Shown: positions 25,801 through 37,911 of the stretch, piece after piece | How positions within the stretch are numbered: the stretch's first letter is position 1 | How the letters are laid out: every line of letters starts with the position of its first letter | NCBI GenBank assembly: GCA_001643675.2 | Contig: LSRY02000019.1 | Span: forward strand, 1 to 64,000 | Length of the DNA stretch: 64,000 nucleotides | Reading direction: 5' to 3' | From: Monocercomonoides exilis PA203 | Taxonomy: Eukaryota; Protista; Preaxostyla | Notes under the pieces: model-generated | What the model was told of the DNA's origin: nothing | Database searches by the model: none | The model's input: the letters and a program-made list of their open reading frames with translations, nothing else | Made by a program: the position numbers and the translations under genes

Positions 25801-27518
25801 CTGCGAATGGAAATGGAGGAAGAGGAGGAGGAATATATCTGGATTTGAGTGACAATTGTGTGAATAACTTTGAGTTGACAACATTGACATTCGAAGGCAA
25901 TGTTGCTGCTGAGGGAAGGGATTTGTTCATTTTGTGCAAGAAACTAAATGAAACAGTGACGAAGGAGAGGTTTGGATTTGAATACAAATATGAAAATGGA
26001 GAAGGAGAAGGTCAGGCAGTTGATATGAAAGGGGTTGACAGAGCACATTTTGTGGAGAGTGTTGATCTTGGGTTTTTCCTTGTTGAAATGAAGGGAATGG
26101 AGGTGAGTGTGTCGAGGGAAGGGTATGACGCATTGGGATGTGGGAGCGATGGATATCCGTGTGAATCGATGTGGAGTGAAATAAGCCACATTGACAGAAG
26201 TGAGACAGAAGGAGAAAGGAAAGTGAAAGTGAGGGATGAAGGGACAATTGAAGATATCTATTCATTCACAGATGCACTTGTGATTGATGGAGAAGAAACC
26301 AAACACAAGCCAATTCATTTTGAAAAGACGATCAATAAGGATTCTCATGTAATACTTTATAAATTTAGAGTGTTTCAAAGGGATATCAAACATTTCAAAA
26401 ACGCTCAATCAAAAATATGATGTTATTGAAATGCATTGCTCTTTTAAAAATGATTTGCAATTAAAAGTTCTTCTTTTTGAAATAAATTTCACGAATAAAT
26501 TCTGTGAATGAAATTCTTTTGAAAAATTGAATTTATTGAAAAAGACAATCAAAATAATCGAAAGAAAAATAATTACAAAATTAATATTTTTCTTATTCAT
26601 TTCTTCCATTCATCTTTCAGTCTTTCTCAAACAGCGTAGAAAGCGTATACGACTCTGTTCTGATTGCTTTTGATGCTCTTCTTCATTGTTCTGCTTTTAT
26701 CCTGATTCCTATCATATTCCTTCTCCGTAAAATAAGTCGTAATCTTCTTTATCTTCTCAGCCGCGCATGTATTCTGAGTGTGCCTGCGAAAGAAGCAAAA
26801 GAATGTTGTTCCGTTTTTCTCTTCAGGTCCAATTTCCGCATTCAATCTTCAATATTCATCTTTGTGAAAAAAACAATTTGATATTAAATTGTTTATCAAA
26901 CAATTTGTACATAATATTCAAATAAAATGAAATTCAAATACATATATGCACTTTTTATATATTTTCAACCATATCCACCAATATTGGACTCATGTTGTGT
27001 GACGTTGCATAACTATCAACTTCATATCATTAGAATCAAATTTTGTTAATAATAATAATATATTTTAAATGACAATCATTGCATACAATTATACAATATT
27101 TATATATTCAAATTGCAATATATTGGAAAGTGTGCACTAAACACATCACAAAAAAAAGCTAATCCTAAATCTTTGGCAATATGAAATTTGATTGTGGGAT
27201 AGATCAAAAATTATTAATTTCAAAACTTATTTTTCAAAAATGTTTTATTTCTCAGAAATTTATTGATGCAAAAGGTTAATATAACATTTTAAAGCATTGC
27301 ATGTATTTATTAATAAGAAATTATCTTTATTTATTTATTTTAATTAAAAATTGGAAAATTTATGGGTGATTTTTCAAAATTGATTTTAAGCAACAAGAAA
27401 AAACAATTTCAAAAAATTCCTCCACCCAAAAGTTTTAAATTATTTTTATCTATTATTTCATCATAAAGTTAATTTTTAACATTGCAAATTGCAAAAGAAG
27501 CACAGATGTACCTATGCC
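22847..27518. mobile_element. Non-autonomous Pack-type TIR transposon (4672 bp; 562-bp TIRs; 8-bp TSD CACTGCTC; GG...CC termini; Merlin- or MULE-like)
   Basis: TIRs at 22847-23408 and 26957-27518 begin ggcataggtacatctgtgcttcttttgc. The direct repeat cactgctc lies at 22839-22846 and 27519-27526. The empty site restores the host reading frame. No transposase recognised inside. Confidence 0.92.
23600..26420 (+). pseudogene. Captured fragments of beta-helix-repeat surface protein genes (transposon cargo)
   Basis: Motifs KGGGVYF...F.ANTAKVGNDIF, GGRGGGIYL...FEGNVAAEGRDLF, CGAKENPC and CGSDGYPC match the receptor ectodomain style. In-frame TAG at 24867-24869 and frameshifts. No signal peptide, TM or kinase part. 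Confidence 0.8.
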
Positions 27519-30379
27519 CACTGCTCTTTCTTCCTCTTTCTTTTTCTTCTTCTGCCTCAATGAAACCCTCAACATCCAGTCCCGATCGAAGCACTGTCTC
27601 AAATACCTTCTCCTCTTCTTTCTTGTCTATCAGCTGCGACCTCAGCTGATTTTCCACTTTCTCCACCGATTCCACACACCTCCTCAAACTCCTCTCCAGC
27701 AATTCTTCTCCTTCTCTTCTTCCTTTTTCTCTTCTTCCTTTTTCTCTTCCTCTTCGTTTTCACCAATTGCTTCACAATATATTCTTTTCACCAATTTCTT
27801 TCAGAATCAGCTCCGAGTGCATCTTCTGCAAAACATTCTTTCTTCGGGTCAAACACATTCATTAGCATCATTTCTCTCAATTACCCTTTTCTTTCTTCTC
27901 CTTCTCTTCCCTCCGTTTTCCTTCTCCCACGGCACAGATTCAGATCCACTCATACCTTTTTCGCAACTAAATACTCATCGTCTGTCGCCACCACTGTCAC
28001 AGTGCTCTGCCCTTTCCCTGCAATCACTTCCTTCGGGATAACCGCACGCCTCCTCTTTCCTTCCTACGGTGCTTCGTTCAGCACAACTGCAGTTGTCTCC
28101 CCACAAAAATAAGATGTTTTTCCAGTTCTGCGCTCCTCCCGTTCCCTCTTTCCATCACCCCGTTCTTCATCATCTTCTTCTACTTCCTCGCCATCATGTC
28201 TGCCATCATCTCTCCGCTTGCTGCTCCTCCGCAGATCGCATCCCCTTCAAATTCGCTCGCCTCCATCCTAAGTCTCCTGCGTCACAACCCCGTGCATCAG
28301 CACAGACGGCGCATCCAGCGTGTTCCCCAGCCGCGCTGCTGACGTCTGCCTTCGCTGGATATATTCTTGCTCTGTGCCCAGCCTCTTGTCCGACGTGTAG
28401 AACGACCCCGCCACCTTCGCTGTCTGCACCCCTGCCTGCCTCCCCTCTGCCAGCCCCGTCAGCTGCGTCTCTGTATCAAACACCTGCGCAAGCACACTCC
28501 CAAACACATGCACACGCGTAATCACTGTGCAGTTGCTCAGAGTCACCTCCACTTTCCTTGCTTCCGCTCCTTCTCTCATCTGCCTAACTCTCACAATCAC
28601 AACTGCAGCATCACCTCCTCGTCACCAAATCTTCCACATACCATTTAGAAGCGATGTGTTGTCCTGTCTCACACCGCAATTGATTTCTTCTTTCTATTTT
28701 TCGATCATGTTTTCCCCATTCATTCCATCTTTCTCGTTTTTTTCAACCATCTTGCATGGCTCATTCAGCGAAATAGATGTCCGCAGCCCTGTCGCCCACT
28801 CAAATAGCTCATATTCCCCGCAAGGACAATCAGCCGATAGAATCGCCTTCCCTTCCTTCATCACCATCTTCTCGCTCACATCACGCAGTGGGACAATCCG
28901 CTCTATCCCGATCATTTGCGTCAGCGAAACCAGTCTCTTCTCAATCCCCTTCTTCTCATTCTTCGCTCTCTCCTTTTCTTCCTCTTCAATCTTTTCCTCT
29001 TCACTCCTTTCCTCTTCTCCTTCATCCCATCCCTTCACCTTTTAGCTTTTCCACCACATGCCTCGACTGCGGCGATCGCAACACCAGCCGCGCTATCGCC
29101 GACGGCAGCAGCGACGGGTCAAATAGATCGCAGATCGATATGAGCGCATTCACATCTGCCGCTGCAACGATCCGCTTTTTCCCCGACTTCGTGCTCACAG
29201 ATGCTGCAAGCGATGGAGCCTGACCAACAAACGGAACAGAAAGCACCACCTAAAGCACAACATCATCAGCATACGTAACACCTCCATTCAGAACTCCCCG
29301 CCGAGCCACAACATATCCCTTGAAGCGTCTGTTGCTCCCTTAATTACGAATTCTTTTGATTTGCGTGCGCCCCAGCTTCTTCTGACACAGCAATCCGCAT
29401 ACGTCTATCGATATTGTCCATCGCTGCTGCAGACGTGTATGACGACGAAACCGCCGATGCATACGAAGAGTTAATTGCAGGCGAAGATGAAGATGATAAT
29501 TACTTATCATCTCCTTCCGCTTTCTTCTCTTCGCTGCTCTGCCTCCTGAATGGAGAAGAAGATCTACGTTCTGCTTCAGTTGAATAAGACGAAGTCAAAA
29601 AAAAAAAAAATAGAATGATTAGAATAATGCTGTGCTGTTTTCCTGAAATAAAAATGTGCAAGAGATGTGAGATAATTTTTTTAAAGTTGACCAACAAGCT
29701 TCACTTTGGCTTCTTCAATTTTCGCATCAGAAAGTTAAAACAGTTGATGAAGTCATTCACCTCAAAATGATGAAACTTCGAGGTGCTTTCCTTTTTCTTT
29801 TTTCTTTTTCTTTTTCTTTCTTTTTTCTTTTTTTGAAATATCATTGCAGATTGTATGACGTCGAACTTTGAATAGTTAATAATCAAAAAATTCCGTTTAT
29901 ATTGATTGCAAAATAAAAGGAGATATAACAGAATGTTTGTATTTGACTGTGTAAACATCAATAAAGTTTGCAAATGAATATCAGATTTCTTCAGTTCTTT
30001 CGAGAAGTGTACAGTATAAACAATCAAATTGACTACTCATGCATATGCCATTTCCTTTGTTAAATTGGTCATTCATATTTGTGATTAGTGACTTTTGTGA
30101 ATATCTCTTTTCAATTGTTTATTTGTTATTTTAGTATTTTTTAAAAATGCAACCAAAAGATCATAAATCAACGTAGAAGCTTATTTTTTTGTGACAATTT
30201 TTATATTTAACATGTCCAAATATTCAATAAGTTTGAAAAGAACAATTTAAAAAATCAGAAAACAAGAATAAACCAAATTCTTGCTCCAAAACTCTAATCA
30301 CAAATTGAAAGCAATTCCAACTGTAAACACAATGCTTCACAGAACCCTTTGAGGTTGAATAAATATTTTGAAGTTGGCG

Positions 30380-31620
30380 CAGCCATTTTAGAATGATTAT
30401 TTTGAAACAGATAGACTGTTGATTGAAAGTTGAAAGGAAGCAGAAGCTCAGAAATGAAAGATAGTCGAATGGAAGATGAAAGAGTTGCGTGATTGTGGAG
30501 GATGTGTGAAAAAATTATCTGCTGAAGCTCTGCAATTGAGCAATATTGGCTTAGGAAGAAACAAGTTTGTTTGAAGATGAGGTTGCAATATGATAGGAGA
30601 TAAAAGTATTTTTTCGATAATTATGAAAGAAAAATGGATTTTGATGAAGGAAAATGTGAGTTGAGTGAAATGGTTGATGAAGAATGCTGATAAGAAGAAG
30701 AAGATGATGATGATGATGATGATGAAGGAGGAGAAGGAGAAGGAGAAAAAGAAGTGAATGAAGAATTTCGTGCATTCATATTGCTTGGCGAAGAGTAATG
30801 ATAAGGCAATGAGCCAATTGTTAACGATGATGATGAATGAGAATAACTTGTATTTTCGCTTGTTTCATGCGAAAACTACCAAAAATTCGACAGGAATGAA
30901 TCCAAAGTTTCATTAATAAAAGCATATGTTTTAAAATAGAAAAAGTCGATGTTATTATCAGATCAAAAAATTGATGGATTGCGATGTATCCAGATCTTCT
31001 CGATCATTCTCATTGGCTTTGCTGTTCACCACTTTCATTTGAACGAACTTTTTTATGCGTTGCTGTTTCATTTATCGGTTTAATCGCTTCTTTTTCTTCC
31101 TATTTTTCTCTATTTTTTCTTTATTTTCTTCTACTATCACATCTTCTTCAACTTTCCCTTAAAAGCATTTCTAAAACAGATAAATAGACAGTATCAAAAC
31201 TTTTTCATATTATTCTTGTGAATACTCGACAAAACTTTCAATTCTTCCATATTCCGATATATGTTCAGCAACTTTGTTCGACTTTTCATCTCGGTATATA
31301 ACTTCAATTCTTTTATTTCCTTTTTTTTCTCTTCTTCCTCTTTTCCCTCGCTGTAATTATCTCTTTCTCTTCCTTTCTCATTGTTCTTCCCTAACTGCTT
31401 CAGCTGCACTCGTTGGAGTCATATAATGTCGTTCATCAAATTCTGATATCTCTTGCTTTTAATCATCTGCATAACTGCTTCTAGGCACGTTGCTTCCTCA
31501 AATATTCATTCTTATCTGTTTAGTGATCTCTCATTCAGCATTGGTCTCACTGAGTGGACTCCTTGAAATATAAATTTGTTTGTGCTGTATGGTTTTTCGA
31601 ATATTCTCTCTTAAGCCTAA
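30380..31620. pseudogene. Decayed charged/acidic coding remnants on both strands
   Basis: (GAT)n/(GAAGGA)n acidic run at ~30690-30760 on plus, and a stop-riddled K/E/R-rich frame at ~31190-31620 on minus. Confidence 0.35.
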
Positions 31621-32315
31621 TGAAAATTTTAACTTAAAGGATGTCTGGTTTCAGATGCCTTATAAATAAGCACTTATTCAAAGGAGAGAAAATTATAGAT
31701 AAGCAAATAAATGAATTTGAATGTGCCGGAAAATTGTGGATTGAATAGAAAACATTGGATGTGTTTTCAGCAATTGAATGAGCAAATATATTCATGTGAT
31801 TTATTTGTCGAACATCGTTAAATAAAAGCACATCTTTTTCAAAAGCCAATATTTTTTTCAATAATTGTTGCTTTTTAAATTGGAATATCTGCAATTCACT
31901 TTTGCTGAATAAAAATGACACAAAAGGGAATAAAAAGGAGAATTTGTGAAAATTTGTATTGCTTTGAATAAAAATCGTTTAAAGCAGCCAAACCTGGTTT
32001 CATTCAAAAGTTGTATCGGTGCAAGCTTCCATTCTGCAGAAACACATTTTTCCCCCCTTTCGTTCAACGAATATTTGTCAGGATAAACTAATAATTAAGA
32101 AAATTCTCAGTGAAAACGTTAAATAAAATCTAATACTTGAAATCTGAAAAGTGTTTAATATCAATCAATTCAAAAAATACATGTGCTCTTTATTCATTTT
32201 CCACGCATTGATGTTAGTTTTTTAAAGTTAAAATTATCAGCAATAAAAGATTTCGCAGATAATCCCATTTGTGGAACTTTGTTATCACAAAGAATAAACT
32301 ATTTTTTTTTGAATC

Positions 32316-35300
32316 ATGGAACGAATCAAGTTTTCTCTTTTATCAAACTCGAGGAAAAGCGAAAAATGCAGAGATGTTTGGGAGTATCTATCAAACAAAT
32401 CTGCAAATGATTGCGTGGAAATGCTGAAGTACATGTTTTCTCATACAAATACGGGGAAAAAAATATTTCCCCAGATTCAAAAAATATTTAACGGTTTGTT
32501 TTTTTTTCGTCTTTGTATTTATATTAATCATTCTCTTTTAAACTTTTGATTACTGAAGATCGAAATCGATATGTAATTTTGCGATTAGCGTCTGCGTATA
32601 ATCGAGAAGAAAATCCACATACAAAAGTGACGCTTTTAAAATGTGTTTGCCAGGAATATGCCCTCTCGCAATTGATCGATTTGGGCTTTGAATGCTCTCA
32701 TGGAAGCTATTATCACGCAAAGGATAATAGCTCGTACACATCATTTGATTTTCGAACTCCAAAAAAAGCTGCTCTTCCCCCATCAAAACGAAGTTTGATC
32801 TAATTCTTTATTGAAAAAAATGTGAATATGTTCATCTTTAATTTGTTCTTTGTCATGTATTAACATTTTCATAGAGATGAGCCCAGAAGATGAAAAAGTT
32901 TTCTCTGATTTCATAAATGAAAATTCAACCGAATCATCGAAATGCATTTGTAAGTTGTCACAACAGAATAACAGTTTGTCTTCTAAATGGGTTCTTTAAT
33001 TGAAAGTGTTGAAGAATTATCACTTTCAGAATCTTCAATGGAAATAGATGATGATTTCAAAATCATAAACTGCAGCGAAGAAATGGAAGAAGATGAAGAT
33101 CCTCTTTATCATTATTTCACAGAGAACAACACAAGAAGCGAATATTTGCAGACAGCAGAAGAATTAAACAATTCAAAAAACAATGAATTCATTCACATGG
33201 AGATAGATGATGAAATTTCACTTTTGGACGTTCAATGTGAAATAGATGAAGAAAGCTGTTTCGAACCGGAAATAAATTTGGATTTATCAGAATTAGCATC
33301 GCAAAGCAATAATGGAGTAAATATGGAGATTGAAAAAAGTGAAGAACTGCATTATTCCAACGAAACCAATGAAAATTCTATAAAGAATAATCAAGGCTCA
33401 ATTTCTTCTTGCAGCTCAATCATCGAATGCTGTTCAAAGAATAATCAGCACGCTGCACAAACTGGAACACAGAGAGAAAACAAGAATTATTATCCGTTAC
33501 CAAACATGGGAAACACTTGTTATCTCGCTGCAATGCTACAAGTGTTCCGTTCTATTTATTTGCACTCAGAACGATTTTGTACTCGAAAAGGAAGGATTTC
33601 ACACTATTTGCATCGTTTGCTGGACATTGTTCAACCATTGGATTTTTCAGTTAACATTAACAATAATAATGTTTCACAATCTTGGTCCTTGCCTTTCGTA
33701 AGAAACTGGGAAAAAAGACATGGACTCAAAAACGGTGAACAACAGGAATGCTATGAGACATTTTCAAATTTGTTTAGCGATCTTTCATCTATAACTCCAA
33801 TGATTGCAAATAAAATGTCAGCTAAAATCTGCTACCCCAGAAAGTGCAACGAATGCGGGAGGTTGGAATTAGGAATGATTGAATCGACCCCATAAATTCG
33901 ACTAAATGGTAGAGATGTCATTTCCGAGTTAAACAAATCATTCAGGATAAGCGAAACAAATACCAACAACAGGGAAGCTTTCTGCTTCCAATGTCAAAAA
34001 ACTACTACTCAATTTTCATCGATGAAAATGAATCAATTCCCTCACATTTTAACATTCACTCTCGAATCCGACATTGATAACCAAAAGAGAATATTTAATA
34101 TTCCCTCCGCAATCTCGTTTTCTGAATTAAAAGGAACGATGATTTCTCATCCTTCTCATACAGAGAATTCCCACAATTACTGTTTGGTAGCATTGCTTTT
34201 TCATCAAGGATCTAAAGAAAGCGGTCATTTTTATTCAATGTGTAGAAGCAGACGCCCATCGCCAAAATGGACATCATCCAAAGATAGTTGGTATATTTGT
34301 AACGACGGAGAAATATCCTTCATTGATAATGAAATTACAACAGAAACAAACACTCATATAAACAAAGGTTCAATTCCGTTTATGATTGTTTCCTCTCAGG
34401 AGAATCGTGGATGCATTCCTGTTTCCGATATTTCTTCACCAAATTTGTTCCAATTGGGACTGTCACATCAAAAATGTGCGTTTTCTAATAATATTTCATT
34501 AGTGAATCAGAGGAAAACAGATGTTCGTTCGGTTTTCATTAATTGTGATGGTTTATTACAAGATCCTTCTTATTCACTTCATCCTAATACGACAAATCCA
34601 CATCATTCCACTTCACCTTCAATAATATGGGTGATTATTTTTGATATCATATTATTTCATTTAAAAATTTCGATTGTTAAATTTCACTTGAATATTCACA
34701 AAAGAATACTGAAAAGTGATTATACTAATTAAAGATGTCTTCATTTTTATTTTGGCTTTAACATTAGTTTTTGAAATGGTTTTGATGAAATTTGTAATTA
34801 AAATACAAAATCTCTATTCAGTGACAAACAACCTTTGAAAAATAAATACTCCGAAAAAAGTTATGATTTCAAAAATATTCACCCATATATGATGATGAAA
34901 TTACTAATGTTCATTCTTCATCAGAAAATCACCATAAAAAATCGACCTTCTTTGATTTATCAAATCGACCTTCAGGATGTTCTATTGCATCTGAAATAGA
35001 CTCTTCATTTCTTCCTTTTTCAAACGAATTTTCTTCTAAATGCAATTATCAAACGAACTCAAAAGACTGTGAAACTAATAATACTGCAATTAATAATCAT
35101 CTCACTCATAATTCAACCGCATCTGCAAAACCAAATGGAAAACAATCTCTCTTTCCAGAAATGATTTCATCCAGCCAATTGAGTGAAACAAAAAACAGAT
35201 CAACAAATCCTAATCAATACTTTTCAACACTTCACAATTATCGACATCAAGATTCACAAAATGCAAACGTCAATAATCCATTCTTTCATGGTTCTCCAAA

Positions 35301-36570
35301 CAATTCTTATTCACATATTAAAAAACAAAAAGTTCGTATCATTAATACAACGAAAGCGCAGCTATTCAGAAAGTTAATGGAAACCACGAATATAAAAATG
35401 TCAAAAAGTTCTTTCTACAAAAAGACAAAACACCTCAAAAGGGCTTCCAGGCGAACTGACTTGTGTAACTTATGTGAAATGTTCAATCATCTGAAGAAAA
35501 AAAAAGAATATCTTAAAACAAAATCACAAACATTGAATGATCAAGAGCAACAAACAATAAGACTTATTGAAAAGCATCGTTTTCTGGCGTCAAATCAACG
35601 TCAGCACTTCCACCAAATCAAAAAGAACATTTCATTTTCGGAGGCGTTGGTTTTGTTCGACTTTAAAGAGAATTGGACGCTTCCAATTTGCAAAAATCAA
35701 ATAAGCCGAGATTATTACGAAAAAGAGGAAATCACACATTTTTGTGTAATTGTTTACATTGTTAACAAGAAAGGAGACAAAGAAAAGCACATTTTTAACT
35801 TCTTCTCAAACGCTCTATCTCACGACTACCGTTTCACCATTGATTGTTTAAAGCAAGTTTGGGAAAATGAAACAGTTAAAGACAAGCAAACTCTTCATTT
35901 TGTGTGTGACACAGGGCCACACTTTCGGGTTTCCCAACTTACGCATTTTCTCCTTTCTGACAACTCTTCTCCCGTCAAAGGCAAACGAACAACTCTTTCC
36001 TTTTTCTGTGAAAAACATGGAAAAAGTGAATGTGACGGAGAATTCGGGAATCTGACAAACTGTGTAAAAAATAACTTGTCCAATGGACCTTCACTTAATA
36101 ATATTGATGAACTTATAAAATTTCTGAAAGACCATACAGATGATTCATATGATTCCCACCAAAACAACTTGGATAATTATCAAAAGACAACGCGATATTT
36201 TGTCAAGTGTGATTCAATTATGAAAATTTTGTTTTCATTTTCTTCATTTTTTTATTAACTTAGACACTCTTCTGGAAATAAAATAAGATGGAGGAAAATT
36301 GAAGCGAAGTCCATAAAGACGTATTTGTTCTATGAGAAACGAGGTAATCAAATTTTCAGATCTGTGTGTTCACCACAAGATTCCCGAGGAAAAGAGTTAA
36401 TGAACTTCCTTGAAAAAAGCATCAGAGATGAAAGAATGATAAAATCCTCAAAAAAATATTCTCGCAAAACAGAAATGTTTGAAATAGGGAATGCTACAAG
36501 AAAACTATTAAATGATAGGAAAAAATTGGATACAATTTGTTATAAAAGTTCTGGTCTTATTGATGAGTAA
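32316..36570 (+). CDS. Spliced Sola-type (Sola2-like) DDD transposase with an inserted ubiquitin-specific protease domain; this copy is disrupted
   Basis: Frame-preserving GT-AG introns at 32494-32558, 32793-32874 and 36207-36263, plus a probable one at ~34630-34820. Transposase motifs: KVRIINTTKAQLF, MSKSSFYK, TDLCNLCE, LFDFKENW, SNALSHD, FVCDTGPHF, FFCEKHGKSECDGEFG. Frameshift near 32985 and in-frame TAA at 33893-33895. Confidence 0.75.
33490..34325 (+). other. Ubiquitin-specific protease (peptidase C19/UCH) catalytic domain
   Basis: Cys box LPNMGNTCYLAAMLQ; GEQQEC box; zinc-ribbon CNEC and CFQC; His box YCLVALLFHQGSKESGHFYSMCR; WYICND. ORFs 32987..33895 and 34022..34732 are in the same frame, separated by a single TAA. 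Confidence 0.9.
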
Positions 36571-36670
36571 CTTTGTTTTTGTTGAATTTTATATTGAAAC
36601 GAATGACGTTTTTTGATTCGTCTGCTGCTCAAGCCATAAAGTATTTGCTTCAAACAAATGCTTTCTGGTA

Positions 36671-36791
36671 CCCCAGTTTTCGCTCAAGAGCAAAACAAAT
36701 GGGGCTAGGCTGATTCCGTCCTGGGACTGTGCTGTGACCGGTCCAGCACAGTCCCTTGAAGGCTTTGGGTCCAGAATCAGCCTCCCAGGGC
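36671..36791. other. GC-rich cluster of nested inverted repeats (structured RNA/DNA element) ~100 bp downstream of the transposase stop
   Basis: 12-bp perfect stem 36723-36734/36744-36755, enclosed by 9-bp stem 36708-36716/36774-36782. Separate hairpin at 36671-36704. Confidence 0.75.
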
Positions 36792-37911
36792 AGACAATCA
36801 TTTTATAAATTCGTTTCAGTATTGAAATTCTAATTTTTCATCAGTTTTATTTTTTTCTGTTTTTCAAATGTCGGCATTTGATGTTTTATTATTATGTATC
36901 ACATTTATTTCTATTTAAATTATTCATATTTTAATAATTTTTGTTCAGTAAAAAGATCAAGAAATGTATTATATTAATATTGAATTATAATTCACAAGTT
37001 TTCTACACATTTTCAGAGCAGATAAGATTAGTAATTTAAAATGCGTTGAAAAAAAAAACCAGAACTTTCGTTGATTTAGCTTTGAATTTACGATAATATT
37101 TGTATTAACTGAAATTGAGAAGAAATCATTCAATGATTTATCTATTGACATTGATCAAAAAGCGAATTCATAAAGTTTGTTTTCATTGCAACAATGAAAT
37201 ATGCTATTGAACGATCAATTGTGAATGATTTATAAATGCAACTGTTACTTTTGAACAATTTGCAGTAACGCTTTCTTTTCAGAAAATTGAAATGCCTGCG
37301 AAGCGTTTTTGAAGCACGGAAAAACGCTAACAAAGATTCATAAATATTGCCGAAATGATGAATTACACTTCAATATAGACCAAAATATTTTTTGGAATTC
37401 ACTTTTAGTTGCAATGAAGATTTTGAATGCAAAGATAAATAGTTTGTTAATAAGAAAATAAGTGAAATTGAACGAAGAAAGGAACTGAGAAAAAAGAATC
37501 CGAAAAAAATAACAAAATTCAGAGGCAAAGGAAAGTCCAAAGATGAGCATCCAATTGAAAACATGGCTTTTGAATATTATGTTCAAATCACAGAAAAATC
37601 TGCGGGAATCTTATAACGGAGTTTGTTGTTTGCATCATATTGCTTCTATTTATTGTGAAGCTGATTAAGCTTTATTCATCCTTCTTTCGTTTTTTTGTTT
37701 GAGCGCATTTACACAAATATCCATAAAAAGATTTTTCTTTCTTTTTCCTTCTTTGCATATATGTGATCTGAATTACTTTTTTTGATGATAAGAATAAATG
37801 TTATTTATTTATTAATATTTTCAAGGAAAGTTACTTTGTTCCCGTTTTGTGAGTGATAGTGTTCAACTTCTTTGTGAAGTTTACCAATAACAACTTCAAT
37901 AATGAAATTTT

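Larger units (their letters stand above)
21177..29597 (-). pseudogene. Decayed large uncharacterised gene with an internal ubiquitin-like domain, split by the 22847-27518 insertion
   Basis: Ordered motifs TRVHVFG, Y.SDKRLGTEQEYIQRR...GNTLDAPSVLM, EYRENQY, WNHFFLDYARH, CDVVLTNTTS..VEVLIQVP, YEVYF...GEFMHYPALV. These recall a family of very large proteins of unknown function I associate with protists and some bacteria (from memory, not searched). Multiple stops and frameshifts. Removing the insertion restores the frame ERGRKSS|VKGASGRAF. Confidence 0.7.

Noticed and set aside
31634-31660. TTAA-AGG as a possible Kolobok/piggyBac-like left end close to the transposase
   Set aside because: I found no matching inverted copy downstream of the transposase.
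33893-33895. In-frame TAA in the USP (and TAG at 15965 and 24867) as evidence for TAR=Gln recoding, known in some oxymonads
   Set aside because: The multi-kb ORFs, including the Q-rich PUF protein, are fully open under the standard code and end at TAA/TAG. The regions with internal stops also have frameshifts, so decay or sequence error is the simpler explanation.
36671-36791. Assignment of the structured island as tRNA, hammerhead/HDV ribozyme, SECIS or Fanzor omega-RNA
   Set aside because: No cloverleaf or T-loop, no CUGANGA/GAAA core, no canonical HDV P3/L3, no in-frame TGA to recode, and no RuvC/TnpB ORF nearby. It is kept only as an unclassified structure.
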